Origin: Octopus sinensis
Lineage: Eukaryota
Direction: 5' to 3'
Assembly (NCBI RefSeq): GCF_006345805.1
Contig: NC_043021.1
Location: forward strand, 17,484,001 to 17,548,000
DNA length: 64,000 nt
Shown: one piece after another, positions 1 through 13,675 of the stretch
Numbering within the stretch: position 1 is the stretch's first letter
Layout of the letters: each line of letters begins with the position of its first letter
Position numbers and translations under genes: made by a program
The notes under the pieces: generated by a model
Told to the model about the DNA's origin: nothing
The model's input: only the letters and a program-made list of their open reading frames with translations
The model's database searches: none

Positions 1-345
1 TGTGTATGTGTGTATGTATGTATGTGTGTATGTGTGTATGTGTAGTATGTAGTTGTGTATGTGTGTATTGTGTTGTATGTATGTGTGTGTTATGTATGTG
101 TGTATGTATGTATGTATGTATGTGTGGTATGTATGTATGTATGTATGTATGTATGTATGTATGTATGTATGTACGTATGTATGTACGTATGCGGTGTGTG
201 TTGATGTATGTATGTATGTATGTGTGTATGTATGTGTGTATGTATGTATGTATGTATGTATATGTATGTGTGTATGTATGGTGTATGTATGTGTTGATGT
301 ATGTGTTGTATGTATGTGTGTATGTATGTGTGTATGTATGTATGT
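1..345. repeat. (TATG)n/(TG)n compound microsatellite
   Basis: Direct tandem repeats; source of the spurious MYVC ORFs. Confidence 0.95.
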
Positions 346-389
346 AAATATTATAAACAAGTCAGAAACAGACAGATAGATAAACAGCC

Positions 390-692
390 AGAGATGGATG
401 AATGAATGGATGGATGGATGGATGGATGGGTAGGTAGGTAGGTAGGTAGGTAGGTGGGTGGGTGGGTGGGTGGATGGATGGATGGATAGGTAGGTAGGTA
501 GGTAGATAGATAGGTTTCTTTATTAGCCACACAGGGCTGCACACAGATAGAACAAATTACAAGGTAGAGCTTTTCTTTTGAAGGTTTAAAAAAAAAAAAA
601 AAAAAAATAATAATAATAATAATAAAATAACAAATAGATAGATAGATAGATAGATAGATGGATGGATGGATGGATGGATGGATGGATGGATG

Positions 693-723
<31 letters not shown>

Positions 724-732
724 GGATAGATG

Positions 733-763
<31 letters not shown>

Positions 764-764
764 G

Positions 765-799
<35 letters not shown>

Positions 800-1072
800 G
801 GATAGATGGATAGATAGATAGATGGATAGATAGATAGATAGATAAGTTTATTGGCCACACGGGGCTGCACACAGATGGGACAAATTACAAGGTAGAGCTT
901 TCCTTTTGGGGGATGAAAAAAGAAAAAAAAAGTGGCGTAGGTTTTCGATCAAAAGGGATCGTAAAAGGGAAAAAAGAAAAAAAGGAAAAAAAAGAAACGA
1001 AACAAAAGAAAAGAAAGAAGAAAAAAAGAGGAAAAAAGGGAAGACAAATAGATAGATAGATAGACAAATAGG

Positions 1073-1141
<69 letters not shown>

Positions 1142-1153
1142 GATAGATAGACT

Positions 1154-1191
<38 letters not shown>

Positions 1192-1208
1192 CAGATAGAC
1201 AAATAGAC

Positions 1209-1264
<56 letters not shown>

Positions 1265-1276
1265 GATAGATAGACT

Positions 1277-1318
<42 letters not shown>

Positions 1319-1335
1319 CAGATAGACAAATAGAC

Positions 1336-1406
<71 letters not shown>
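390..1406. repeat. (GATA)n/(GGAT)n/(GGTA)n microsatellite tracts
   Basis: Direct tandem repeats, including a duplicated ~120 bp GATA block at 1050-1400. Confidence 0.95.
515..960 (-). mobile_element. Two short related 3'-end fragments of a non-LTR retrotransposon (515-590, 847-960)
   Basis: Both read (minus) aaagctctaccttgtaatttgt(t/c)c(t/c)atctgtgtgcagccc(t/c)gtgtgg(ct/cc)aataaa and then run into (TATC)n. The LINE identity is inferred. Confidence 0.45.
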
Positions 1407-1536
1407 CCAATTCATGTACGTATGAAAACCTGTTTAATGAGAATATATACCATATTCTGTGTATAGCATAAACTTCATACACAGCTGTATGCAAACTTGC
1501 TTTACAAACATAAGAACATATTTAACAAACACACAC

Positions 1537-1577
<41 letters not shown>

Positions 1578-3064
1578 AGGCGTATGGAGATCTGTGTATG
1601 TATATATTTGAATTAGATGCAATGTCGATTTAATTATCAAGGTGAATGAACGGGTGTATATTGTTGATTATATATCGTTAATACAAACAAATCAATGATA
1701 CGGTTCTGGTTTCTTAGATTTCAGTCGGTCGCGAACCCGCAACAGCCTTGTACACTCATGCACTTTAAATGTATCTCATAAACATTCATGCTCATTTAAT
1801 CCTAGGCCAAGTCTATTCGAGCAGGCTTATTTGCGGAAGGCATACCAAAAATGACCAACCTGTCTTACATTCTCGTTAAATAAATACCGGATTACATAAG
1901 GACTGGGTCTTTGTTATTCTTTAAAAAAAAATAAAAAGCAAGATAGTTAAGTTATTAATATTTAAGGGGAATTTCGCTGCTATTTCTAGGAGGTCGAGGA
2001 GCCACGTAGAAACAGTCTTCAACTGGTTGGTTGTGTGCGCTAAGCGGTTACTGATCCTTAAGCTAGGCCTGATCAGGCGGACACGAAGATATTCCAGCCG
2101 TGACTAGCCCAACACTTTGGTATATCTAGGTCAGTATGGCGTGATTTCAGAGAATTTAACCGTTATTTATAGCAGATCGGCACGACTATATAGAACAGAT
2201 TATGAGGGATCTCTGAACTCACGGGGAACATTTTCCCCCCACGATATTATCTGAAACATGACAAGGTCCCGAAAACATAATTCTTATGTAAGACCTCTCT
2301 CATAAAAACACATTTAAAAAATTTTTTTTAAAACTATATTCCTTAACAATAACATATTAATTACAAGAATTAAATTCGAAAATTGAATTTATTAATCATT
2401 TTTCTCAAGGTACATGTGGAAGGTTCCGCCCCTGAAAATTCCCTCGGGGCCTTGGAGGTCATTCACCTTTATACGACCTGTAGCACGGAGCTGCGCCCGC
2501 AGATGGTTTTGCGTTTACCTGTTAAAGAGGTCTGATGTGAAGAACTTGACAATTAAATCGAAGAATTTAGTAGCAACTGACATTATTATCATCATCATTA
2601 TTATTATCATTATTATTATTATTATTATCATTAGTGAGTGTGTGTGTGAGAGAGAGAGAGAGAGTTCTTGAGATAACATGTGCTTCTGTACGAGCAAGTG
2701 AGCGTGCGTCTGTGAGAGTGTGTGTGTGTGTGTGTATGTATGCCTGCCGTTGTGTGTGTGTATGTGTGTGTCTATTTAGAACAACCTATCTCGATTCCTC
2801 GACTTGGTTTCGTTTGTATGCTGGAATCGATTGATTTATCTGGCATCTCAGATGTACTCTTGTGAAACAAGTCAATGACAAAACGCCCCACTTTCTCTTC
2901 CCAGGCTCTCTCTCTCTCTCTCTCTCTCTGATAGTACCTACTAGTAATGATGCATTGCATACAGATGGTTATATATATATATATATATATATTTATGTAT
3001 GTATGTTATGTATATATATATATATACACAGAGAGAAATGGATAGATAGATGGATATTTTTCTG

Positions 3065-3290
3065 TTGTTTCAGTCATTTGACTGCGGCCGTGCTGGAGCA
3101 CCGCCGTTTTCTAGTCGAAGAAAACCCCACGGCTTAGTCTTTATAAGCCTAGTACTTATGCTATCGGTCGCATTTGCCGAACCGCTACGTTACGGGGGAC
3201 GTAAACACGCCGACCATTGGTTGTCAAGCGATGTTGTGTGGTGGGGTGAGGGGAACAAACACAAACACAAACACACACATATATAATTTT
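3065..3290 (-). mobile_element. SINE family A, 3' half
   Basis: ttgtttcagtcatttgactgcggcc..gctggagcaccgcc tail shared with the other family A copies. Confidence 0.85.
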
Positions 3291-3483
3291 TAAGAATATT
3301 ATCGACAGTGACTTCGAATTTTCGGCCAGCTAAGCCATTGTCAGACTGCTCTTCGACGAGGGCTTGGCTGGCCGATACTTCGAAGTCACTGTCAATAATA
3401 AATTTGCACTCTACCAAGTGTATTGAGTAAGTCTTCAATTTAATATAAAACTGTTGTTATTATAACATAGAAACAAACAAATA

Positions 3484-3532
<49 letters not shown>

Positions 3533-4101
3533 CACACATACAAGTGTGTATGTGGTTGTCGACAATGTAAATAAACCTAGAAAGGATCTTTTACATTCCC
3601 CCCAATTTACAAACGCATCATCTTTCTACATAAATGACCGCAAAAACTAATTAAACCGAGTTCGTTTACCATTTTATAGTATATTTTATAGACATAAAAA
3701 AACAGCATACCTTTGGATTTATGCGGACACTCGGGATTTCCACACGTGTAGTGTAATTAAGGCACTGTGAACTAACGAGGGAATCTGATTAGTAAGACTA
3801 ATTAAACGAACTTAATTACTATTTTTATCGTACAAGTTATAAAGAATAAAACACCATCGTTTGCAATTTATGTTGGTATTCAGGGATTCTAGCAGGTAGC
3901 TCTTATGTGGCCCATTCTGTTTTCTAACAGAAGTCTTGTTGTTTGCGTATGTCTTCGATAAATTTACTATATATATATATATGCGTATATAATACAACTA
4001 AATCCCAAAAAGAACTAACTCGAAAAAAAATATAAAAAAACAACGCGAGGACATAGTACATGTAAAGTATTAGCACACGCTCAGGGAGGGAAAGAAAAAT
4101 G

Positions 4102-4137
4102 GTTTAACGTTTCGAGCAGACGCTCTTCTTCGGAAAC
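4102..4137 (-). ncRNA. Minimal type-I hammerhead motif, family H2 (U4C core)
   Basis: Minus strand: gttt-CCGAAGA-a-gagc-gtct-gctc-GAA-ACGT-T-aaac. Flank is homologous to the PLE-1 terminal repeat at 44000-44070. Confidence 0.7.
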
Positions 4138-5417
4138 AGAGGAAAAGTCCAATACGAAGGGAGGACGAAGGAAGAAAATTGCCAACAATTCACATGGTTA
4201 CATTTTGAAAAAAAAATTATATATATATATATATATTATATATATATATAATATATTATATATATATATATATATATGGTGTATGTACATACGGTTGATT
4301 TCGTGAATACAAAGAAACCTCAAAATATTACTTGGTACCTTTTTAGTTATCGGTCGGACGCGAACTCGGAACGGAGTCAACAAACACCTGTAGTATTGCC
4401 GGATACTGTAAGCGTCGTGCTGTTGTTTAACCGTAGGTCAGTCCTAATAAAGTAGACCTATAGTGGACCACAGTCCAGTCATGACCACCCCGTCGTATTC
4501 AGACAAGTAATTATTATTATCATTATTATTATTACCCCAGTCTTATATCATCAAATGTGTCCTAGCTGCTACTTCTAGGAGCTCGAGCGACCACGTAGAG
4601 TCATCTTCGATTACTTGGCTGCATCAGTGTTACTCCTTATTGTTGTTGTTAGTCTGGAATCATTCCTAGCCGAAGGTATTCCAGCCATGACAATCCTCCC
4701 AAAATTTTTTTTCCGGACATAAACTATTTCCATGGCTACGATTATCCAGCGTAGAGGTTGGCGGTCATTCGGCTGCTATTTCTAGCAAAGTCAGTGACCA
4801 CACTGACGCAAACTCATCACAGACATTCCTTCTTGGCTTCCATCTATGGCGCTCTTAATGGTTCTTTTTCATTAAATAGAGAAACCTGCTGTGGTTTCTC
4901 TTTAGCTCCAGGTCTGTTCTTATCAGACCTGTAATCAATGACGTCCCAGCTATGACCACTCCCTTTTTATTTTACATTTTTTTTTCAATCAGGTGTTCAC
5001 AGACAGTAAGAGGTCGTGTGTGATGACTTTTATAAAGATTTGGCGGCTGTTTCTAGCACGTCCAGCGACCACGTAAACGTTTCATCCCTTTGTTGGGTCT
5101 GTGAATAGAGCAACTTAACTCCCGAATCGAAACCCGATCGCCGGGTTAACAAGCCGGTAGCTTCGCGTACTTGTTGTTCGGAGTTAACAAATAAATAAAA
5201 AGAAGCAAAACGAATTTGAATTAATGAACAATGAGGTCAAGATCCGGAATGGAAGAGGAAAAACTTGGCGTAGGCCGACGTCAGCAAAAGTTGATTCATG
5301 AAAAATTCTCAGAAATGAAAAAAAATATCGAATTTATAAACTTTTTTTTTTTAAACGAATATATTTAACTACGGAAGACAAATCTGGGTACAATGTGTGT
5401 ATGTGTGTGCGCGCGTG

Positions 5418-5452
<35 letters not shown>

Positions 5453-5976
5453 CATATATGAATATATAGATGTATGTATGAATTTGTGAATGTATGTATG
5501 TGTGTATATATGTATAAGTATATAAATATGTATATACTTACGTATATTATACAAATATATATATAGATATATAGGATCTTTTGGATCCTATATATATATA
5601 ATATATATATATATTATATATATGAATATTGGATGTGTCTATACCGATGTGTGTATATATATGTATGTAAGTATTTTGTGTGTGTATATACAGATGTGTA
5701 TTACATATATATATATGTATATATATGTATGTATGTATGTAAGTAATTTGTGTGTGTGTGTAGTTTTAGTGTTTGGGATGACTAGGTCACTGACTCCAGT
5801 GGATTAACCGATCATCTTCGACTTCATCATTAATACTTATCGATCACTAATTTGTCGGACGGCTAGCTTACGGGACCTAACCCACCAGAAAACACACACA
5901 CATCATCTTATAACATGTATATATATAACGGAGCAGCGTTAGTAAATATGTACTGTTACCCGCATTGTAACCAAGG

Positions 5977-6013
<37 letters not shown>

Positions 6014-6779
6014 AGAGACAATTACAGAAGTTCCGAGAAGTAGATTCGATCCCGGAGCCACGTGGTTTTAGCGAGGCGACTTTCTTAACCACACAGCTAT
6101 GACCACACACACACACACACACACTCATATATATACAAACACACACACACACACACACACATATTATACAAACATACACAAACACATATATACGAACACA
6201 ACCAGATATTAGCCTTGAAACCGAGTAGTGTTTGCACACGCATGTATATATATGAAGGCAGAAAATGATGAATTTTACATACAGCATAAGATGTTTAAAC
6301 TGGTTGCATGTCTCTACATGTGCATATCGATATATACATACATACACACAACACACACATATATATTATATATATATATATATATTCATACACACTTTGA
6401 ATGCCTGCCAGATAGAGACACACATACATATAAATATAGAAAGAAAGATAGCAATGTGTACATAGATATTTGTGTAGGTATGTATATTATATATATATAT
6501 ATATACACACACACACAATCATTAGCAGATATTACGAGAAAGAAATATTATATGCTGCATTACACGATTAACCAAATAATACGCAGTGGTTACATGTCAC
6601 TGCATGTATATACCAACATGTATACATGTAGACTCATGTATGTATACATGAGAATATGTACAATATATTAATATAAACACGTATACGTGCACAACTATAT
6701 ATACACATTCACTCCCGAATATATATAAAGATCTTTTAAAGAAATACACACACACACACACATATATATATAATATATA

Positions 6780-6959
6780 TATACACAAGTATAAACACTC
6801 ATATAATATATATATACACATAAGTATAAACACTCATATAATATATATATATACACATAAGTATAAACACTCATATAATATATATACACATAAGTATAAA
6901 CACTCATATAATATATATATATATACACACACATATAAGTATAAACACTCACATAATAT

Positions 6960-6960
<1 letters not shown>
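6780..6960. repeat. AT-rich minisatellite, unit ~32-36 bp (acacataagtataaacactcatataatatat..)
   Basis: About 5-6 tandem units with variable (TA)n. Confidence 0.85.
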
Positions 6961-7006
<46 letters not shown>

Positions 7007-9458
7007 CATGCTTATACGCATAAATATTAAATATATATATATACTCAGACACTTATACATATATGTAAATATTACTCAATAAATAAACACACACACGCAC
7101 AATATATATATATGTATGTATGTATATGTGTGTGTGTGTGTGAATGTGTGTGTAATAATCGAAGCACCTCTTATTAGTGTGTGTGTGTGTGTGCCTACAT
7201 CCACAACACTCACCGTGCAAGAGCTACTCCAGTTTCACACATGTAAGTTATTTATAAATTAAAAATCTGAAAGTATCAACAGTGTGTGGACATGTTTAAA
7301 CCATACAGAATTTCTACATACGTGTTTGCGTGTATATATATATGGATATATATATATATATATATAGTGACTTGAACAAATAATAATACATGAATGTTAA
7401 AAAAAATGCACGCGTGTATTTTACAATAATGTTCTGGAGAGAATAAAAGTGATTTATATATAGACAGTTGTGTATATAAAATATTTATATATATATTTAA
7501 CAGCTTCTACCATGAACATATATATTTTTTTTCAAATTATACATACGTACACATACATGTGAGTATAAATACACACATATATATATATATATATTCTACG
7601 AAGGTTGAGAAAAATATACAAAACAATCAAGTGAAATTTATTATTATTATTATTATTATTATTATGATTATTATTATAATTGATGATAGGTGGCAAAGCA
7701 CCTGTCCGACTAATTTGTCTTTATATTTATTTATTTGATCTTTTTCCTCTTTACAATTACATTTTACATGGCGAGTTCAAATCCCCGAGGTGTTGGCTTT
7801 TGCCTTTAAACCTTGTTCCTGTGTTAACATATATACTGTGACTGTGTTTATGTATATGTTTGTAGGAAAATGGGTTATCCTGGTTTCATACACATCGATG
7901 GTCTCAAAGCACCGTTAGCTATCATAAACACCATCTTCACCCGTTTACATTAAAAGTATGTTAGTCAGCGCTTAACTATGTTTCCTTCGTAACGAAGTCG
8001 TCCCCAAGTAAACCATCGCCCCCCCTCCCCACTCCACCCTGTCATTCTCCAACCAATAATAATAATAATAATAACGATAACAATGATAACAATAATAATG
8101 TTATTAATATTTCAGATTCTCCACTCCCGGTTTCAGATTTACATACACCCATGCCGGTTAGACATCATCAAGCAAACCAATGATGATTAGAAGACATTCA
8201 TGCTGTGACAATTTCCATTATTACAGGTCTCCTATTTTTTCTCCCAGACAGTATATTCCATGCCCCTACTCCGCTCCAATTCTAACGGTATGTACAATAT
8301 TATTGATATGATTAAAAACGAAATTTAGCTACTATTTCTAGCCGGTTGGCGGCTGTTGTTGTTCGACTCGTAGTCGACATTAAATCAAACAGAGACCACC
8401 CATGAATGGCTCTCCAGTCGAGACGTAATCACATCTTTATTAGGAAATACTTAAAGACTGCTGCCTTCACTTCATAACGTGTCTTCTTATTCAAAAAGAT
8501 CGTATGGTGCGGTGCGGTGGTGTTACTAAAGGGAAATTTGGTTGTTATTTTTAGCCGATCGAACCACCACGTTGAGATAAAAAGACAGACAGGTTTTCCT
8601 CGGTGGCTCCAGATTCGACATTTTCAGGAGAAACGAAGATAAACAGACGAAATTCTGTGGTACACATGCCTGCCTTAAGGACACAAACAACACCAATAAT
8701 GATAACAATCGAGTCTAATACAAGCAGAAGGGTAGACGGAGGGGGAAGGGAGTAATCGATAATATATCGATCTGTGTATATATATCGGGGTTATATTTTT
8801 ATCGTGTCCTCAAGTTATGTTAATACAAAATGAATTAAAGCAAGTATTGTGAGATACATGTAGTATGTAAATCATAATAAATAAATAAGGAAACGATATA
8901 GTTGGTTATATGGACCGTAGCGTATAACTGGTACTTTGTGTTGTTAAGTACCGATGGGGTAAAAAGCAAAGCTGACCTCGACGGAAATTGAACTTGGAAC
9001 GTAGAGTGTCGTAAGTAAATAAATAAATAAAGACAGCAAGGAGAGGTTTGTTTGTCCGACACTCTAGTCCGTTGTGCCAATCATATTCTAACAGCCCCTT
9101 CCATCGATCGCATCGATTAATCGATAACCTATCAGTCAAGTAAACCTCTCCTTCTATCTTTTATCGGTTATTTATTTTTATCAATTCCCCGGAAGAATTT
9201 AAAAAGACCAACAAAAAAAATATATTAAAAAAATTAAAATAAAATAAAATAAAAAAGCACGCCGTCGCAACCAACCTCACTCAACACCTCGGCGTGGATT
9301 CGAACTCTCAACGTGAAGCTATATATATATATATATATGAGACAAATTACCAAAGGGCGTCCTGACAGATGTACTGCAAACCTCCCGCCTCGCCCCCCAC
9401 CCCCGACCGACATCAACATCATATAATAATAATAATAATAATAGTAATAATGATAATA

Positions 9459-9496
<38 letters not shown>

Positions 9497-9609
9497 GTAA
9501 TAATAATAATAATAATAATAATTTTAACAATTTTAGAAGAAAATTAAAAAAAACTATGTATGTACGGAAAAAGACGAAAATATATACAAAAAGTGTATAT
9601 ACATGTATG

Positions 9610-9652
<43 letters not shown>

Positions 9653-9742
9653 ACATGTATATACAGAAAGATAATATAATGAAAGAAAATTAACCTGTGT
9701 ATATTATGTGTGTATATATATAAATATATAGTCATATATATC

Positions 9743-9776
<34 letters not shown>

Positions 9777-10119
9777 GCTTATATATATATATATTAAATA
9801 TGATATCGATAGGGAGATACAAGATAGGTTAGCATCCAATTGTGGTGGTATTCATGTGGAGTGAGATCTGGGGTTCCATATCGGTGCGTCGACCAATTCC
9901 AGAATGGTAAACACTGTCACTATTACAAAACTACACTAAACCCTTCCTCCTACTCCCTCTGCTTCGCATTCATCACCTCCTCTCTCCGTCACTCCTTCTT
10001 CTCTCTCACGTTTTCTCCACCTCCTCCCCTCTCTCACACTCATTTTTTTACCTTACTTACTCTCACTCACTCACTCGCTTCCTTACTCACTCACTCCCTC
10101 TCTCTCTCTCCGCTACTCC

Positions 10120-10510
10120 GGTATTTTTACTTCAGTTCTCCTTTACACTCCTCCCTCTCTCTCCTTTTTCTTACTTTTTCTCTCACTCTTTCAACTCACT
10201 CACTCCCTTCTTTACTCTCTTACTTCCTCTCTCTCTCTCTCTCACTCCACTACTCCGGCATTTTTACTTCAGTTCTCCTTTACACTCCTCCCTCTCTCGT
10301 TGTTCTTACTTTTTCTCTCACTCTTTCAACTCCCTCGCTCGCTTCTTTACTCTCTCGCTCTTCGTCCGTTATTCTCTCTATCATTTACTTCATTTCTCCT
10401 TTACACCCTCCCTCTCTCATTTTTCTTACTTTTTCTCTCACTCTTTCAACTCCCTCGCTCGCTTTCTTACACTCTCGCTCTTCGTCCGTTATTCCCTCTA
10501 TCATTTACTT
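10120..10510. repeat. Pyrimidine-rich tandem repeat, ~120 bp period
   Basis: cgctcttcgtccgttattc recurs at ~10356 and ~10476; tttttctctcactctttcaactc occurs three times. Confidence 0.8.
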
Positions 10511-12508
10511 CATTTCTCTTTTACTCCCTTTCTCATTAATCCTCTCCCTCTGTTTTGTCTTACTCTTTCTCTCACACTTTTCACTCACACATTCACACAC
10601 TCCGTTACTCCCTCTCTTACTGACATCCTCTCTTCTTCACTCTCTCAATTTCCTTAGTCTTTCTCTCACATTTTCACTCGCTTATTTACTCTTTCTCTTG
10701 TTCTCACCCTCTCTCTCTCTCTCTCTCTGTGCCTATCTTTTCTATTCTTTCTATCACCTTTCACACACTCACTTGTTCTACTCTCTTCCTTTCATCTTAT
10801 CTCCCTTACACCCTCTCTCTCCCTTTCTATTCTTTCTCTCAGAGCTTTCGTTTACTCTCTTTCCCCCTTCTCTCTCTCTCTCTGTAAACACGTCTGTCTT
10901 GGTAAAGGTGGTGGTGGTGGTGGTGTCGATGACGGCAAAGTGTAGTGGTGATGATGACAGCGGTGACATTGACGCTGATAATGATGATGATAATGATGAT
11001 GATGATGATGACTACGACGATGTTATTGCCGGCGATGGTCGTGGTGGTGGTGGTGGTGGTGGTGGTGGTGGTGGTGGTGATCTATTAATGATTAGTGTAT
11101 TAATGATAATGGTGGTGGTAACGGCGGCGGTGGTGGCGATGGTGGTGAAGGCGGTATTTTCACTATTGATGTTGATGCTGGCGATGCGGTGGGGGTAGCC
11201 ATAATAATAATAATAATAATAATAATAAGTGGTGGTGGTGGTGGTGGTGGTGGTGGTGGTTGTAATGTAGTGGTGGTCATGGTGGCGGTGGCGGCGACGG
11301 TAAACGTAGCGTAGTGATGACGATAGTGGTGATGATAACGCCGACTATGATGGCGATAGTAGTAGTAACAGTATTAATATTAGTAGTAGTAGTAGTAGTC
11401 GTAGTCGTGGTGGTGGTGTGGTGGTGGTGGTGGTGGCAGGAAGAGTAGACAGTAAGAGAGGGAGAAATGTGTGTGAGGGAGGAAGAGGAGGAGGAGGGCA
11501 ACTAACCCAACTTTGCTCCAACCTTTTCGTTCGCGCACGTTGAATTTGATGGCGCACTTTTATTATACACGCTGCCTTGTCTCTTCCAGTCTCTGCTTAA
11601 CTGGAGTTATTGCTACGTATATATATGTATATATATATAACGATACTACACATATAATGTGTGTGTGTATATATATATATCCAGCGATATAATGTAGTAT
11701 ATATAATGATATACATTATATATATACGCGATGTGTGTGTGCATGGTGAAACACTCCGAAGAGAATGGATGGATAGAGAGACAGACAGATAGATAGATGA
11801 ATATACACGTACACACACACACACACACAGACACACACACACACACAGACACGCACACACACACACGTGTTATTCATCCTTCTCTCTTCTGTCTGTCTCG
11901 TCTGTCTCGCTCTTTTAGTCATCCGCCGCACACATAAACGTTATACATACATGTGTGCGTACGTACATGTTTATATATATATATATATATATATACACGT
12001 ACACACACACACATTTCATTCCTGATTTAATGTTTGTTTTCGTTTTTCGTCACATTCGTTCCCTTCTTTCACTCAGTCCGTCTCTCTATTCTCTCTCTAT
12101 TCTCTCTCTCTCTCTATCATCTCTCTCTCTCTCTCTCTCTGTATATGTCTTTCTTATTCCATCTCTCTATTGTTTTTCTCGGTCATCCTATCTTTCCTTC
12201 TCTCCCTGTGTCTATCTTAATCCGTCGTTATTTCTTTCTACTGAAGGTCTCTTTCTCTCTCTTTTAATCCATTTTTTTTTACTAAATGTTTTCCTCTCTC
12301 TCTCTCTTACTCACACACTTGTCATCACTCACTTTCTCTCTCTTTCTTTCTTACTTTCTCACTCTCTCTCTCTCTCTCTCTCTTTATCACTTTGCTTAAT
12401 GCTTGTATATCTATTTCTTTGTAACTCTGAGTCTCAGTAATCTATCTATCTATCTATCTATCTATATCTTTCTATATCTATCTATCTATCTCTATCTATC
12501 TATCTTTA

Positions 12509-12569
<61 letters not shown>

Positions 12570-12930
12570 ATCTATCTGTCGTTTTCTTCTCCCCTTCTCT
12601 CCCTTCTCCCTGTCTCCAATTATCTTTCATATCAATTCTATAATCAACCGGTCTCTCTTCCCGTTTCTTTTTCTATTTCTCACCCCTTTCTCTCTCCTTG
12701 GTTTCTGTCTTTCACTCTGCATCTCTTCCTCTTCCTATCCCTCCCCCTTATTACTGTACGTTTTCTTTCTTTTACCCAATGTTATATTTGCTCCATATCT
12801 CTCCCCCCTCTCTCCCCCTCTCTCTTTTTCCCTCCCTATCTCCCTCTCTCTCTCCCTCTTTCTCAACAAAAAGTTCAAAAAGTTCATTAGGATGACGCTC
12901 AGAGAAGGGAAGAAAATAAGAAAGAATAAT

Positions 12931-12967
12931 AGTATAACGTTTCGGATTTAGTCCTTCGTCAGATACT
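12931..12967 (-). ncRNA. Minimal type-I hammerhead motif with canonical core, family H6
   Basis: Minus strand: agtat-CTGACGA-a-gga-ctaaa-tcc-GAA-ACGT-T-atact. Perfect 5-bp helix I and 3-bp helix II. Confidence 0.8.
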
Positions 12968-13250
12968 TGGAGAACGTACACGAGAGACTACGAAGAGAAT
13001 GAAGAAATGGAAGGAGATAAAAAAAAGACAAGAGAGCCAGGAAAAATATACGCGAGTCCGCAGGTTTGCACGCGCATGTATACATACATTCATACACACA
13101 CACGCACTCACACACATATGTATATACAAACACGCACACATGCATATACATACATGTGTGTGTGACATTGTATATCAACCATTTTTATCTTTTAATGTTT
13201 TGTATATATATGTACGTATGTATGTATGCTTGTATTCTCTTTCTCTTTTC

Positions 13251-13640
13251 TCTTTTACTTGTTTCAGTCATGTGACTGCGGCCATGCTGGAGCACCGCCT
13301 TTAGTCGAGCAAATCGACCCCGGGACTTATTCTTTGTAAGCCCAGTACTTATTCTATCGGTCTCTTTTGCAGAACTGCTAAGTGACAGGGACGTAAACAC
13401 ACCAGCATCGGTCGTCAAGCAATGCTAGGGGGACAAACACAGACACACAAACACACACACATACATATATGTATACATATATACGACAGGCTTCTTTCAG
13501 TTTCCGTCTACCAAATCCACTCACAAGGCATTGGTCGGTCCGGGGCTATAGCAGAAGACACTTGCCCAAGATGCCACGCAGTGGGACTGAACCCGGAACC
13601 ATGTGGTTGGTTAGCAAGCTACTTACCACACAGCCACGCC
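13251..13640 (-). mobile_element. SINE family A (tRNA head, CORE-like middle, internal microsatellite, (TAAAAGAG)n tail)
   Basis: A box tggctgtgtgg, B box ggttcagtccc, catcttgggcaagtgtcttct CORE-like block. Over a dozen copies or fragments in the window. Confidence 0.9.
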
Positions 13641-13675
13641 TATATATATATGTATATATATTAAATACAAAATGG

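Larger units (their letters stand above)
1970..5085 (+). repeat. Cluster of old degenerate interspersed-repeat fragments
   Basis: Recurrent motif gctgctatttctagc..gagcgaccacgta at ~1975, 4563, 4772 and 5043; (t/c)ccagc(c/t)(a/g)tgac at ~2095, 4680 and 4946. Confidence 0.45.
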
